Shown: piece by piece, positions 8,244 through 17,183 of the stretch | Layout: each line of letters starts with the position of its first letter | Position numbering within the stretch: the stretch's first letter is position 1 | Assembly (NCBI GenBank): GCA_037445915.1 | Contig: JBBIJQ010000009.1 | Span: 5,977 to 45,453, forward strand | Direction: 5' to 3' | Length of the DNA stretch: 39,477 bases | From: Planctomycetales bacterium | GTDB lineage: Bacteria; 4484-113 | Program-made: the position numbers and the translations under genes | Notes under the pieces: generated by a model | What the model saw: only the letters and a program-made list of their open reading frames with translations | Told to the model about the DNA's origin: nothing | Databases searched by the model: none

Positions 8244-9110
8244 ATGAGACTTCGCAAATGCCTCGCGTTTATCGTGGCGGTGATAGTGATTGCAGCCGCA
8301 TCAGTGGCTTATGCCACGAGCGAAGCGCGCGTGCTGCCGAACAACTGGGGCGTAGAGCGCTTAATGGCCTACGCAATCTACCAGCCTAATGCCGGGCGCA
8401 TCGGCACTGCATACTACCGCGTCGTCCAGTCTACATATGAAACACGGCCTGCGTACGAGCTGCGATATACTGGCCAAGGCGGAAGCTTGAGCGAATCCAG
8501 CATCTGCATCGTTGATGCCGTGACGCTAGAGCCATACCGCACTACGCGCAAGCTGAAGTCGGCGCAGGAAGTCTTTTACGTTGATTCCGTTTACGGCGAT
8601 GGGCGGGTGCTAGTGCGCCGCAAGCAAGGCGAAAGTGGCGAGGTACGTGAAACAAGTCAGGACTTCCCCGGCCGCATCTTTGACTACGAACAGCTAATGT
8701 GGCTCGTCCCGCAACTGGACTTCTCCGCTGACGACCGCGTTCACTTCCCACTTTTCAGCACGATTGGAGACCAGACCCTGCTCGTCGTCGTGCGCAAGAT
8801 GGGCGAGGACACCTTTGAATTCCACGACGTGAAGCACAAATGTGTCCGCTATGACTTCACGCTTAATCTGGTGCGCCAGAGCATATGGGTGCAGACAATT
8901 GACGGCGTGCCGACGACTGTGCGCTACGATACCGGCGACACCATCTTCTACAACCTTGACCTGTTGAAAGCTGTCGCCGCAGCCAAGCCTGCGCCAGCGA
9001 ATGCGAAGCCTGCGGAGGCCAAGAAAGAAGATCCAAAGCCATCTGAGAATACAGACAATGAAAAAGAGGGCGATGACGGCGGCGAAAAACCGCCTGTCAT
9101 CCCGTTCTAG
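8244..9110 (+). CDS. Secreted hypothetical protein (beta-rich, possibly DUF3108-like) with a low-complexity tail
   Basis: GGAGGG SD before ATG 8244; signal peptide ending AYA. Confidence 0.55.
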   Translation: MRLRKCLAFIVAVIVIAAASVAYATSEARVLPNNWGVERLMAYAIYQPNAGRIGTAYYRVVQSTYETRPAYELRYTGQGGSLSESSICIVDAVTLEPYRTTRKLKSAQEVFYVDSVYGDGRVLVRRKQGESGEVRETSQDFPGRIFDYEQLMWLVPQLDFSADDRVHFPLFSTIGDQTLLVVVRKMGEDTFEFHDVKHKCVRYDFTLNLVRQSIWVQTIDGVPTTVRYDTGDTIFYNLDLLKAVAAAKPAPANAKPAEAKKEDPKPSENTDNEKEGDDGGEKPPVIPF

Positions 9111-9113
9111 GCT

Positions 9114-10319
9114 GTGGCAAGGCTGCTAAAGCTCGCTGCTGCAATGGCGGTTTGCGCCGCGATTACATCTGCGCCTCCTGCCGCGCGCGCAGCCGAAGAG
9201 TATTTCCGCGACAGCTTTTCGCCGGCCACGTCTGACGCCAAGTACTTTTTTGAAGGAGCGATAGACGGCAAGGCCTTCAGCTACGCTGACGGCGGCATGT
9301 ACGTTATTGACGCAACCGCCGCCGACACGTACGGCCAAAGCGTTCTGCTGCACGACCTCTCCACCTTTGAGATTGAAGTCCGGGCGCAGCTCAAGGGCAA
9401 CACCGCGCCCAAGGTCGTCAACGGAGTGCCGGTGAAAGCCGGTTGGGGCGTTACATTCAACTACACCGAAGACGCAGGCGGCGTTGAGTGCTTTCTCGTC
9501 GCGCTGCTCAACCCCGTGGAGCGCAACTTTTCGCTGCTGAAGGTCAAAGGCAACCAACAGGAGTACCTGTTTGGGCCTATGGCCGCCGAGGCAGTGCAAT
9601 CGGGCGCAAATCTGCTTTCGGTCAAGGCTGATGCAGGGCGTATTTCAGTGAGCATAAATGGGGTTGAAACCGGACGCGTGTTTGAGCGTGAGCTACTGGC
9701 AGGTGGCTTTGGAATGTATGTCACGGCGCGCACGCGCTGCGAGTTTGACTACATCGCTGTCTATACCGAAGCTGTCGCGAAGTCGCTGGTGGAGGACAAT
9801 TTCAGCGGAACCCCCGCGCGCTGGTTTTCCGGCATGCAGGAGAATGTGAATTACGCCTACGAGGAAGGCATTTACACGATTGACGCATCCAACGCAGACA
9901 AGTCCGGCATGTCGCTCCTTGCAGGCGAACATGCCGCGTTTGAGCTTGAAGTCAGCGTCAAGAAGCTTGCTGGCGCGGATAATTACGGTTACGGAGTGTT
10001 CTTCCAGGACATCCCGAACGCAAAAGGGGGCTTTGACCAGTTTCGCTTCTTGGTTTCCAACGATGGGTGGTTCACAGTGCAGCGATCCTTCCAGGACGTC
10101 CCCCGCGCGCTGTTCCAGTGGGCGGAGTGCGACCGCCTGCAAGCCGGCCAGTGGGCGCGCCTGCGGGTACTGCTGCTTAACGGTCGGCTGCGCTTTTTTA
10201 TCAACGGCTACCTGGTTTACGAGCTAACGGACATTCCCACGGTCCCGGGAAAGCTGGGGCTTTATGTTGGCTCGGGGGTTAAAACCGGTTTTGACAACCT
10301 GAAGCTCTCAGAGTTCTAG
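9114..10319 (+). CDS. Secreted protein with two tandem ConA/DUF1080-like beta-sandwich domains
   Basis: Signal peptide ending ARA; two homologous halves (D-F...FEIEV...YGV.F...F.ING...G..G.YV....FD). Confidence 0.65.
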   Translation: MARLLKLAAAMAVCAAITSAPPAARAAEEYFRDSFSPATSDAKYFFEGAIDGKAFSYADGGMYVIDATAADTYGQSVLLHDLSTFEIEVRAQLKGNTAPKVVNGVPVKAGWGVTFNYTEDAGGVECFLVALLNPVERNFSLLKVKGNQQEYLFGPMAAEAVQSGANLLSVKADAGRISVSINGVETGRVFERELLAGGFGMYVTARTRCEFDYIAVYTEAVAKSLVEDNFSGTPARWFSGMQENVNYAYEEGIYTIDASNADKSGMSLLAGEHAAFELEVSVKKLAGADNYGYGVFFQDIPNAKGGFDQFRFLVSNDGWFTVQRSFQDVPRALFQWAECDRLQAGQWARLRVLLLNGRLRFFINGYLVYELTDIPTVPGKLGLYVGSGVKTGFDNLKLSEF

Positions 10320-10364
10320 CGAAAAGGGTAGAATAGAGTGGTCATCTCACTAAACGAGTAGAAC

Positions 10365-11189
10365 ATGCGCATACGGATAACTGCAACTATCGCTTTTGCG
10401 GCTTTGCTCTTGATGCTGTCCGCCTCCTGCAACGGCGGCGGGGGTAAGAGGGCATTTCCGCCAGGCACACTGCCACAGTCAGTGGCGATACAGTCGCTCA
10501 ACATTTCGCCTAGCACCGTAAGCACTGGCACCGTCGTTGAGATTACGGCTACATACACCAACGCTGTCTATTTCGCGGACATGTCTAAGACCTGGGAAGC
10601 GACGGGCGGGACTCTAAGCGAATCTGTGCCTGACTTTGACTTGGTGCTGCGCGGGACTGCCGGCATCAAGTCCGGCAGCGCTTTGCTGGCAACGACCTCC
10701 TCCCGCGTTTTCTGGTTTACGCCTGCAGCGCCAGGCGAATACACAATCAAGCTAACTGCCGGCAAGGCTACGTTATCCCGAAGCGTTGTAGTTACATCCG
10801 CTCCTCTTTACCTTGAAGTCGCGCCGGGGGCTGGCAGCACGACTGTCGTCCGCATTATGGCGCGAGATGTTACTGACCTCTACCAAGGCGCGTTCCGCAT
10901 CATTTTCAACGCCAATCGATTTACACCCACCGAAGTAAAGGCCGGCACGCTCCTTGGCGCGCCTGCCGATATCCTTTTCCTTGGGCTGACCAACCAAAGC
11001 GGCTTCGTCCCCCTAGGCATCACCCGCAAAGGAGCTGTCCCTGGGGTCAGGGGCAGCGGGACCATCGCTGAAGTCACGTTTACCAACAAGACCGCAAGCC
11101 TTACAACTTCCTCGCTGGCTGTTGCAGGATTTGAAATGGGCATTTACCTCATCCGCGACAGCGAAGGCGCCACAATCTGGGGCAGATAG
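10365..11189 (+). CDS. Lipoprotein with Ig-like and cohesin-like domains
   Basis: Lipobox-like LSASC; DLYQGAFRIIFN...GSGTIAEVTF cohesin-like pattern. Confidence 0.6.
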   Translation: MRIRITATIAFAALLLMLSASCNGGGGKRAFPPGTLPQSVAIQSLNISPSTVSTGTVVEITATYTNAVYFADMSKTWEATGGTLSESVPDFDLVLRGTAGIKSGSALLATTSSRVFWFTPAAPGEYTIKLTAGKATLSRSVVVTSAPLYLEVAPGAGSTTVVRIMARDVTDLYQGAFRIIFNANRFTPTEVKAGTLLGAPADILFLGLTNQSGFVPLGITRKGAVPGVRGSGTIAEVTFTNKTASLTTSSLAVAGFEMGIYLIRDSEGATIWGR

Positions 11190-11200
11190 GCTGCCGCAAG

Positions 11201-12097
11201 GTGATGGAAGCTCTCGCTCTCTATGACGGGCTCCACGCGAGCTCTCAGCCTGTAATCATCTCGTTTCTTCGCGAGTTTGCCACTTCGCACATTGCGGATG
11301 AGCGCTTGCGCGCCGCCAGCCTGCATCTTCTTGGGCTTGGCAAGCTCGTCCGCCCCACTGCCGTCATCGCATCGGCGCGGGCGTTCTCCCCCGACATCGC
11401 GCTTGATGCTTGCCTGCACACAGCATCGGCGATGGAGTTCATCCATACTTTCACCCTTATCCACGACGACATGCCGGAAATGGACGATGCTAAGGTGAGG
11501 CGGGGAGTGCCCGTCGTGCACATCCAATACGGCTCTGATATCGCGCTGCTTGCCGGCGATGGCTTGTTCAACCTTGCCTTTGCTGCGGTAGCGAAAGCCC
11601 CGAATATGGCAGCGCGCCTGCGGGAGCGCATCTTGCGGGAAATCACCTCAGCAGTAAGCCAGGTCATTGAGGGCCAGGCACGCGAACTGGCGCTCTCCGG
11701 CAAGGATGCCACGCTCAAAGAAGTTGAGGAGGTGGAACGCCTGAAAACTGGAGAGCTGTTTAGCTGCGCGATTGTCTGCGGCGCGCTGCTTGCGGGTGCG
11801 GGCGATGAAAGCGTTGAGGCTGTGCGCAGGTTTGCCTTGTTGCTTGGACATGCTTTCCAGATTAAAGATGACTTGCTCTCGGCGACGGGAGAAAAGGAAA
11901 TCGTCGGCAAGAGTCTGGAGCAAGACGAGGCGCTTCAGCGCCCAACTATTGTGCGGTTGCTCGGGATTGAAGGCGCTAAACGAAGATACATGGAAGTGAA
12001 TGCCGCATCACTGCATGCGCTGGCGAAGCTTGATGGCCGGGCAGACACCGCGCTGCTTCGCGGGCTGCATGAAAGCCTGGTCAGCAGGCAAAAGTGA
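11201..12097 (+). CDS. ispA: Short-chain polyprenyl diphosphate synthase (FPP/GGPP synthase)
   Basis: FARM DDMPEMDD, RRG, ALLAGD, GQ, KT, FQIKDD; immediately upstream of dxs. Confidence 0.88.
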   Translation: MMEALALYDGLHASSQPVIISFLREFATSHIADERLRAASLHLLGLGKLVRPTAVIASARAFSPDIALDACLHTASAMEFIHTFTLIHDDMPEMDDAKVRRGVPVVHIQYGSDIALLAGDGLFNLAFAAVAKAPNMAARLRERILREITSAVSQVIEGQARELALSGKDATLKEVEEVERLKTGELFSCAIVCGALLAGAGDESVEAVRRFALLLGHAFQIKDDLLSATGEKEIVGKSLEQDEALQRPTIVRLLGIEGAKRRYMEVNAASLHALAKLDGRADTALLRGLHESLVSRQK

Positions 12098-12109
12098 TAG
12101 AATCGCTGC

Positions 12110-14041
12110 GTGGAGTACAAGTTCCTCAACGGAATCGGCTCGCCAAGCGACCTAAAGCGCCTGCCAGTTGAGGCCCTACCCGCGCTCGCCTCTGAAATCC
12201 GGCATTTCCTGGTGGAGAACGTGACCCGAACTGGCGGCCACCTCGCCAGCAACCTTGGCGTGGTAGAGCTAACCCTCGCGCTGCACTACGTGTTTGATTC
12301 CCCGAGCGACCGCCTTATCTGGGACACTGGCCACCAGTCTTATGTGCATAAGCTGCTTACTGGCCGCCGAAGCGGGTTTGACAGCCTGCGCCAGCTAGAC
12401 GGAATGAGCGGCTTCCCTCGCCCCGACGAGAGTGAACACGACTCTTTCTGCACCGGGCATGCCAGCACCAGCATTGCTGCCGCGCTGGGCTTCAACAATG
12501 CCAACGACACCAACTGGACTGTCGCTATCATCGGTGACGGAGCGCTGACTGGCGGCCTTGCCCTTACCGGCATCAACAACGCCGACCTCGCGCGCAAGCG
12601 CTTCCTTGTCATCCTCAATGACAACGGGATGAGCATTGACCCCAATGTCGGGACAATGGCGCGCTACCTTTCAACGATAAAGACTAAGGCGTCGCCGCGC
12701 GCCATCAACCACGCCTTGCGTCGGGCCATCACGCGCGTGTTCGGTCCCACCAGCGCCCCACGCAACCTCTACGAGCGCCTCAAGGACAACTTCTTTTACT
12801 TCTTCATGCCGAGGACAACTCAGGGCGTCGTCTTTGAGGAACTTGGGTTTTCCTACTTCGGGCCTTACAACGGACATGATGCCGCTTCACTGGTGAAGCT
12901 CTTCCGCTCGCTAAAGCATATTGTTGACGAGCCGCTGCTTGCGCACATCATCACTCGCAAAGGGTGCGGCTTCGGCCCGGCCGAGTCTTTCCCCGAAAAG
13001 TGGCACGGCGTATCTGAGCACACGCCGTTGGGCGTTGAAGAAGGCCGCATTGACAAGCCAAACGATGAAGACCGCCGCGCGGTCAGCGCTTATACCGAAG
13101 TTTTCGTGGATACGCTGCTTGAGCTTGCGCCTAACAATCCGGAAATGGTCGCCATTACAGCGGCGATGCCCACAGGCACCGGCCTACTCAAGTTCGGCGA
13201 AGCGCATCCTGACAGGTTTTACGATGTCGGGATTAGCGAGGAGTTCGCGGTCACTTTCGCCTGCGGCCTCGCGAAGGGCGGCAAGCGCCCAGTTTGCGCA
13301 ATCTACTCCACCTTTCTCCAGCGCGCCTTTGACCAGCTAATCCACGACGCCGCACTGCAAAAGCTGCCGGTCATTTTCGCGCTTGACCGTGGAGGCATTG
13401 TTGGCGCGGACGGTGAGACCCACCAGGGCATCTTTGACCTAAGTTATTTGCGCCTAATCCCCGGCTTCGTCGTGATGGCGCCTAAAGATGAAGAAGAGCT
13501 GCGGCAAATGCTTGTCACAGCGCTTGGGCATAAGCATGGGCCGGTGGCAATCCGCTTCCCGCGCGGGAAGGCGCTGGGCGTGGAGATGTCCGCGCATCCG
13601 CAGCCAATCCCGATTGGAAGCTGGGAACTGCTGCGCGAAGGGGCCGACGCTACGATATTCGCAGTTGGGCCGTTAGTGCATGAAGCGATTGGCGCGGCGG
13701 AGATGCTTGCGCAAAACGGGAAACACGCCGCGGTTGTAAACGCGCGCTTCATCAGGCCGCTGGATGAGGCAATGCTGCTAAACATTGCAAGGAAAACACC
13801 CCTCCTCGTCACACTGGAGGAAAACACAACCGCCGGCGGTTTCGGCAGCGGAGTTGTGGAATTCCTGGCGCAGCAAGGCGTGGCATTGCCCCATATGCGC
13901 ATGTTAGGCTTGCCCGACTGCTTCGTTGAGCACGGCAGCACCAAAGAGCTTCGCGCGCGCTATGGCCTGGACGCTGCCTCCATTGCGAAGCAATTAGCTG
14001 CTGATCTGGCGCGGCAGGAGCTGCGCCTGAAGATTGTCTGA
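12110..14041 (+). CDS. dxs: 1-deoxy-D-xylulose-5-phosphate synthase
   Basis: GGHLASNLGVVEL, WDTGHQSYVHK, GDGALTGG, LNDN, YSTFLQRAFDQ, DGETHQG. Confidence 0.98.
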   Translation: MEYKFLNGIGSPSDLKRLPVEALPALASEIRHFLVENVTRTGGHLASNLGVVELTLALHYVFDSPSDRLIWDTGHQSYVHKLLTGRRSGFDSLRQLDGMSGFPRPDESEHDSFCTGHASTSIAAALGFNNANDTNWTVAIIGDGALTGGLALTGINNADLARKRFLVILNDNGMSIDPNVGTMARYLSTIKTKASPRAINHALRRAITRVFGPTSAPRNLYERLKDNFFYFFMPRTTQGVVFEELGFSYFGPYNGHDAASLVKLFRSLKHIVDEPLLAHIITRKGCGFGPAESFPEKWHGVSEHTPLGVEEGRIDKPNDEDRRAVSAYTEVFVDTLLELAPNNPEMVAITAAMPTGTGLLKFGEAHPDRFYDVGISEEFAVTFACGLAKGGKRPVCAIYSTFLQRAFDQLIHDAALQKLPVIFALDRGGIVGADGETHQGIFDLSYLRLIPGFVVMAPKDEEELRQMLVTALGHKHGPVAIRFPRGKALGVEMSAHPQPIPIGSWELLREGADATIFAVGPLVHEAIGAAEMLAQNGKHAAVVNARFIRPLDEAMLLNIARKTPLLVTLEENTTAGGFGSGVVEFLAQQGVALPHMRMLGLPDCFVEHGSTKELRARYGLDAASIAKQLAADLARQELRLKIV

Positions 14042-14048
14042 GGTGGTA

Positions 14049-14750
14049 ATGGAGCCTGTAACGACAACTTTAGCTGGCGTGTTTCTTGGCTACTTCGCGC
14101 TGCATATCTGCGGCAATGCCGTGAAGCTGAGTTTCCGCCGCGACCCATCGCTTACAAGCATCGCCGCGTTCGCTGCGAGCATGGCGTCGCACGCTTACCT
14201 GATACTCGCCTCGCTTGCCGCGGCGATTGTCCTGGGGCTTGACTTCTGCGTGAACGTGCCTGTCCTGACGCCGGACGTTTACCTGCTCGTGCTTGGGCTG
14301 GTTATCTACTTGCTCATCTTCCTTTTGGACGTTTACCTACGGCTGGTGCTTCGCCGCCGACGCCCGACTACGATGCTGGATGTGGACGAGTACTTCATCA
14401 TCACCCCGCGCAGCCCCGCTTTGTGGGAGCTTGCGTTGTTCAACTTCGTGCTGCTTAAGGGCTTCGCATATGAAGTATTCCTGCGCGGGTTTGCTCTCAC
14501 CGTCTTGATGGGCGTCTTCGCGGACTCGCCCGCCGTCCCCATCATCATCGTCGCGGCAATGGAGTTCCTGCTGAGGCCGCTTGGCGAGCGGCTGGTGCCG
14601 GCTGTTATCATTTCCATCCTGCTGTCAGTTGTCTTCTGTGCATCCAGCGGGCTGCTTGTAACCATCATCATCCGCGTTGTGGGCAACTACATCGTTTCGC
14701 TTTACATGGTCTATCTCACTTTTAAGGGCAGCAGTGACAGGGAAGCTTGA
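14049..14750 (+). CDS. Polytopic membrane protein, degenerate CPBP/Abi-like
   Basis: Several TM segments; YEVFLRG in place of EExxFRG. ATG 14049 follows a GAGGT SD; TTG 14034 is an alternative start. Confidence 0.55.
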   Translation: MEPVTTTLAGVFLGYFALHICGNAVKLSFRRDPSLTSIAAFAASMASHAYLILASLAAAIVLGLDFCVNVPVLTPDVYLLVLGLVIYLLIFLLDVYLRLVLRRRRPTTMLDVDEYFIITPRSPALWELALFNFVLLKGFAYEVFLRGFALTVLMGVFADSPAVPIIIVAAMEFLLRPLGERLVPAVIISILLSVVFCASSGLLVTIIIRVVGNYIVSLYMVYLTFKGSSDREA

Positions 14751-15330
14751 TTGCATCTGCGGCTTGGATGAAGCCGGGCGCGGCGCGCTGGCAGGCCCGG
14801 TAGTGGCTGCTGCGGTCATCCTGCGCAAGCGCTGCCGCATCCCTGGGCTTGCCGACTCCAAGGCTCTCACTAGCGGCCAACGCGAATCACTTGCAAAAGC
14901 CATCCGCAAGCAGGCTGTAGCTTGGGCGGTGGCTGAAGCCAGCCCTGAAGAAATCCGCGAGTTGAACATCCTGCGCGCGTCATTACTTGCAATGCGTCGC
15001 GCTTTCACTCTGCTGAGAGAGGAAGCTGCCGGCGCGGTAATCGTTGTTGACGGTTGTTTCTACCCCGAAGGCATGCCCGCAGGCAAGGCTGTCAAGCATG
15101 GCGACGCGCGCATTCCAGCCATTTCTGCGGCGAGCATCCTCGCGAAAGTCCACCGCGATGGGCTGATGGCGAACATGCAGCTCGCCCACCCGCAGTTTGC
15201 CTTCGCGCGGCATAAAGGCTACCCCACCCCGCAGCACATCCGCGAACTTGAGGAGCACGGACCGCTGGCCCAGCACCGCGCTGGATTCGCGCCGGTGCGG
15301 AAGATCATCCAAGCGAGGCTGGAGCTATGA
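14734..15330 (+). CDS. rnhB: Ribonuclease HII
   Basis: GLDEAGRGALAGPVVAAAV, DSK, VDG, ISAASILAKV.RD, HKGYPT; start moved to GTG 14734. Confidence 0.96.
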   Translation: MTGKLDCICGLDEAGRGALAGPVVAAAVILRKRCRIPGLADSKALTSGQRESLAKAIRKQAVAWAVAEASPEEIRELNILRASLLAMRRAFTLLREEAAGAVIVVDGCFYPEGMPAGKAVKHGDARIPAISAASILAKVHRDGLMANMQLAHPQFAFARHKGYPTPQHIRELEEHGPLAQHRAGFAPVRKIIQARLEL

Positions 15331-16301
15331 GCAAACAGCGTTTCATGGACGAACTGGAAGTGACCGTGGAGGCGGGGCGCGGTGGCGAAGGCTCGGCGCA
15401 TTTCGCGCGGTTCAAGTACCAGCCCAAAGCTGGCCCCGACGGCGGCGATGGCGGCAAGGGCGGCGATGTAATCCTCGTGGGGGACTCAAGCTTTGAAGGC
15501 TTGGAGCACCTTGCTGGAAAGCAAGTTTGGAAAGGGGATAACGGGGAACATGGCTCTGGCGCAAAGAAACAAGGGTCAGGCGCAAAGGCGCTGGAGCTTC
15601 CAGTTCCGCTGGGGACGATTGTGCATGACCGCGAGACCCGCTTTCGCCTCTCAGAATTAACTCAGCACGGGGCGCAGCATATTGCTGCGCGCGGAGGGCG
15701 GGGAGGCAGGGGCAACATCCACTTTGCCACGCCGAAGAACAGAACTCCCCGCCGCGCTGAAACCGGCGAACCGGGCGAGAAGCGCGAGATTGCGCTAACC
15801 TACCGCGTTTTCGCTAAGGCTGCGCTGATGGAAGACCCGTCCGCTGGGCTGCAACTCCTGCAAGGACTGATGGGCAAGCGCACTTCAAGCCCGCACCGCT
15901 TTCACCAGCGCCCGCGCCGCGTCCTCTGCGAGCTTGGTTTTCACAAGTTTGATGTCGCGTTTCTTCCTCTAACGACACGCGAAGCGCCGCGCTTCCATTT
16001 CGTTGAGCACCTTCATTTCGCCGTGAGACTGCTTGTAAACACGCTTTGGATGGATAGTGCTGAAGAGGCATACCCGCAACTGATGCGCGAGCTGTCAAAA
16101 ACTCCCGCGGCTAACCTCGCGTCAATCTGGATGCTTTGCCGCGAAGATGTAGGCCTACCCTATCAAGTGGAAATGCAAGGGCGGATTATCAGCGTCCGGT
16201 TAGCCGTACCTCCGCCGGAAGTAGTGGATGCCGAAAGCCTCTGGGCCTGGGCACAAGGCGGGCTACAGGAGTTCTTCCTGCCCACAGATAAGCAGGGATA
16301 G
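15327..16301 (+). CDS. Obg-like protein with an intact Obg fold and a degenerate G domain
   Basis: FMDE...AGRGGEG, GPDGGDGGKGGDV, VPLGT, ARGGRGGRGNIHF; no GxxxxGK[ST], DxxG or NKxD. Confidence 0.8.
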   Translation: MSKQRFMDELEVTVEAGRGGEGSAHFARFKYQPKAGPDGGDGGKGGDVILVGDSSFEGLEHLAGKQVWKGDNGEHGSGAKKQGSGAKALELPVPLGTIVHDRETRFRLSELTQHGAQHIAARGGRGGRGNIHFATPKNRTPRRAETGEPGEKREIALTYRVFAKAALMEDPSAGLQLLQGLMGKRTSSPHRFHQRPRRVLCELGFHKFDVAFLPLTTREAPRFHFVEHLHFAVRLLVNTLWMDSAEEAYPQLMRELSKTPAANLASIWMLCREDVGLPYQVEMQGRIISVRLAVPPPEVVDAESLWAWAQGGLQEFFLPTDKQG

Positions 16302-16316
16302 CATCACTTCTGCGCG

Positions 16317-17183
16317 CTATGAATGCTGGTAGTCGTAACAGGCAAGCGTATTGTGCATCAGCATTGCGATAGTCATCGGTCCCACCCCGCCTGGCACCGG
16401 CGTAATCGCCGACGCTTTTTCGCTTGCGGATGCAAAATCCACGTCCCCCACCAGCCGATCCTTCCCGCCATCGCCTGGCAGGCGGTTCACGCCAACGTCT
16501 ATTACTACCGCGCCTTCCCTAATGTAGTCGCCGGTGATAAACTCCGGCTTGCCAATCGCCGCGACAAGAATGTCCGCCTCGCGCGCGACTGAAGGAAGGT
16601 CGGCAGTGCGCGAGTGGCAGATGGTCACCGTCGCATGCTCAGCCAGCATAAGCGCCGCCAGAGGCTTGCCGACGATGTTGCTGCGGCCGATAACCACAGC
16701 CCGCTTGCCCTTAAGCTCAATGCCGTATTTGCTGAATATCTCCATCACACCAAACGGAGTGCACGGCTTCACGAAGGGGTTGCCCAGCCAAAGCCTGCCG
16801 ACATTTGCGGGGTGCAGGCAGTCCACATCCTTCGCCGGGTCAAGCTCGTTGATAACAGCGTCTGCATTGATGTGCTTCGGCAGCGGAAGTTGAACTAGCA
16901 CGCCGACAATGCCCGTGTCGCGGTTGAGCGAGTGGAGGAGCGCAATGAGGTCAGCTTGCGCGGTGTCTTCAGGAAGCTTGTGCAACGTGCCGTTGATGCC
17001 CAGCTTCTCGGTCGTGCGCACTTTGTTTCTCACGTAAACCGTGCTGGCGGGATCGTCGCCGACTTGTATGACTATAAGGTGCGGGGGGGATTTGGATTCC
17101 CCGGCAAGCTTGGCAACGCGTTCTGCGACTCCTGCGCGGATGGACTCCGCAAGCTCCTTCCCGGCCATTAGAACCGCAGCCAC
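16317..17183 (-). CDS. folD: Methylenetetrahydrofolate dehydrogenase/cyclohydrolase
   Basis: VGDDPASTVYVRNK, VQLPLP, KDVD, PCTP, GRSNIVGKP, TPVPGGVGPMT. Confidence 0.98.
   Translation of the reverse strand: MAAVLMAGKELAESIRAGVAERVAKLAGESKSPPHLIVIQVGDDPASTVYVRNKVRTTEKLGINGTLHKLPEDTAQADLIALLHSLNRDTGIVGVLVQLPLPKHINADAVINELDPAKDVDCLHPANVGRLWLGNPFVKPCTPFGVMEIFSKYGIELKGKRAVVIGRSNIVGKPLAALMLAEHATVTICHSRTADLPSVAREADILVAAIGKPEFITGDYIREGAVVIDVGVNRLPGDGGKDRLVGDVDFASASEKASAITPVPGGVGPMTIAMLMHNTLACYDYQHS

Noticed and set aside
15800-15900. Frameshifted obgE pseudogene, or GLMGKRT as a P-loop
   Set aside because: The frame stays open to 16301 and remains colinear with the G domain; GLMGKRT does not fit GxxxxGK[ST]; I saw no canonical G1 in the other frames
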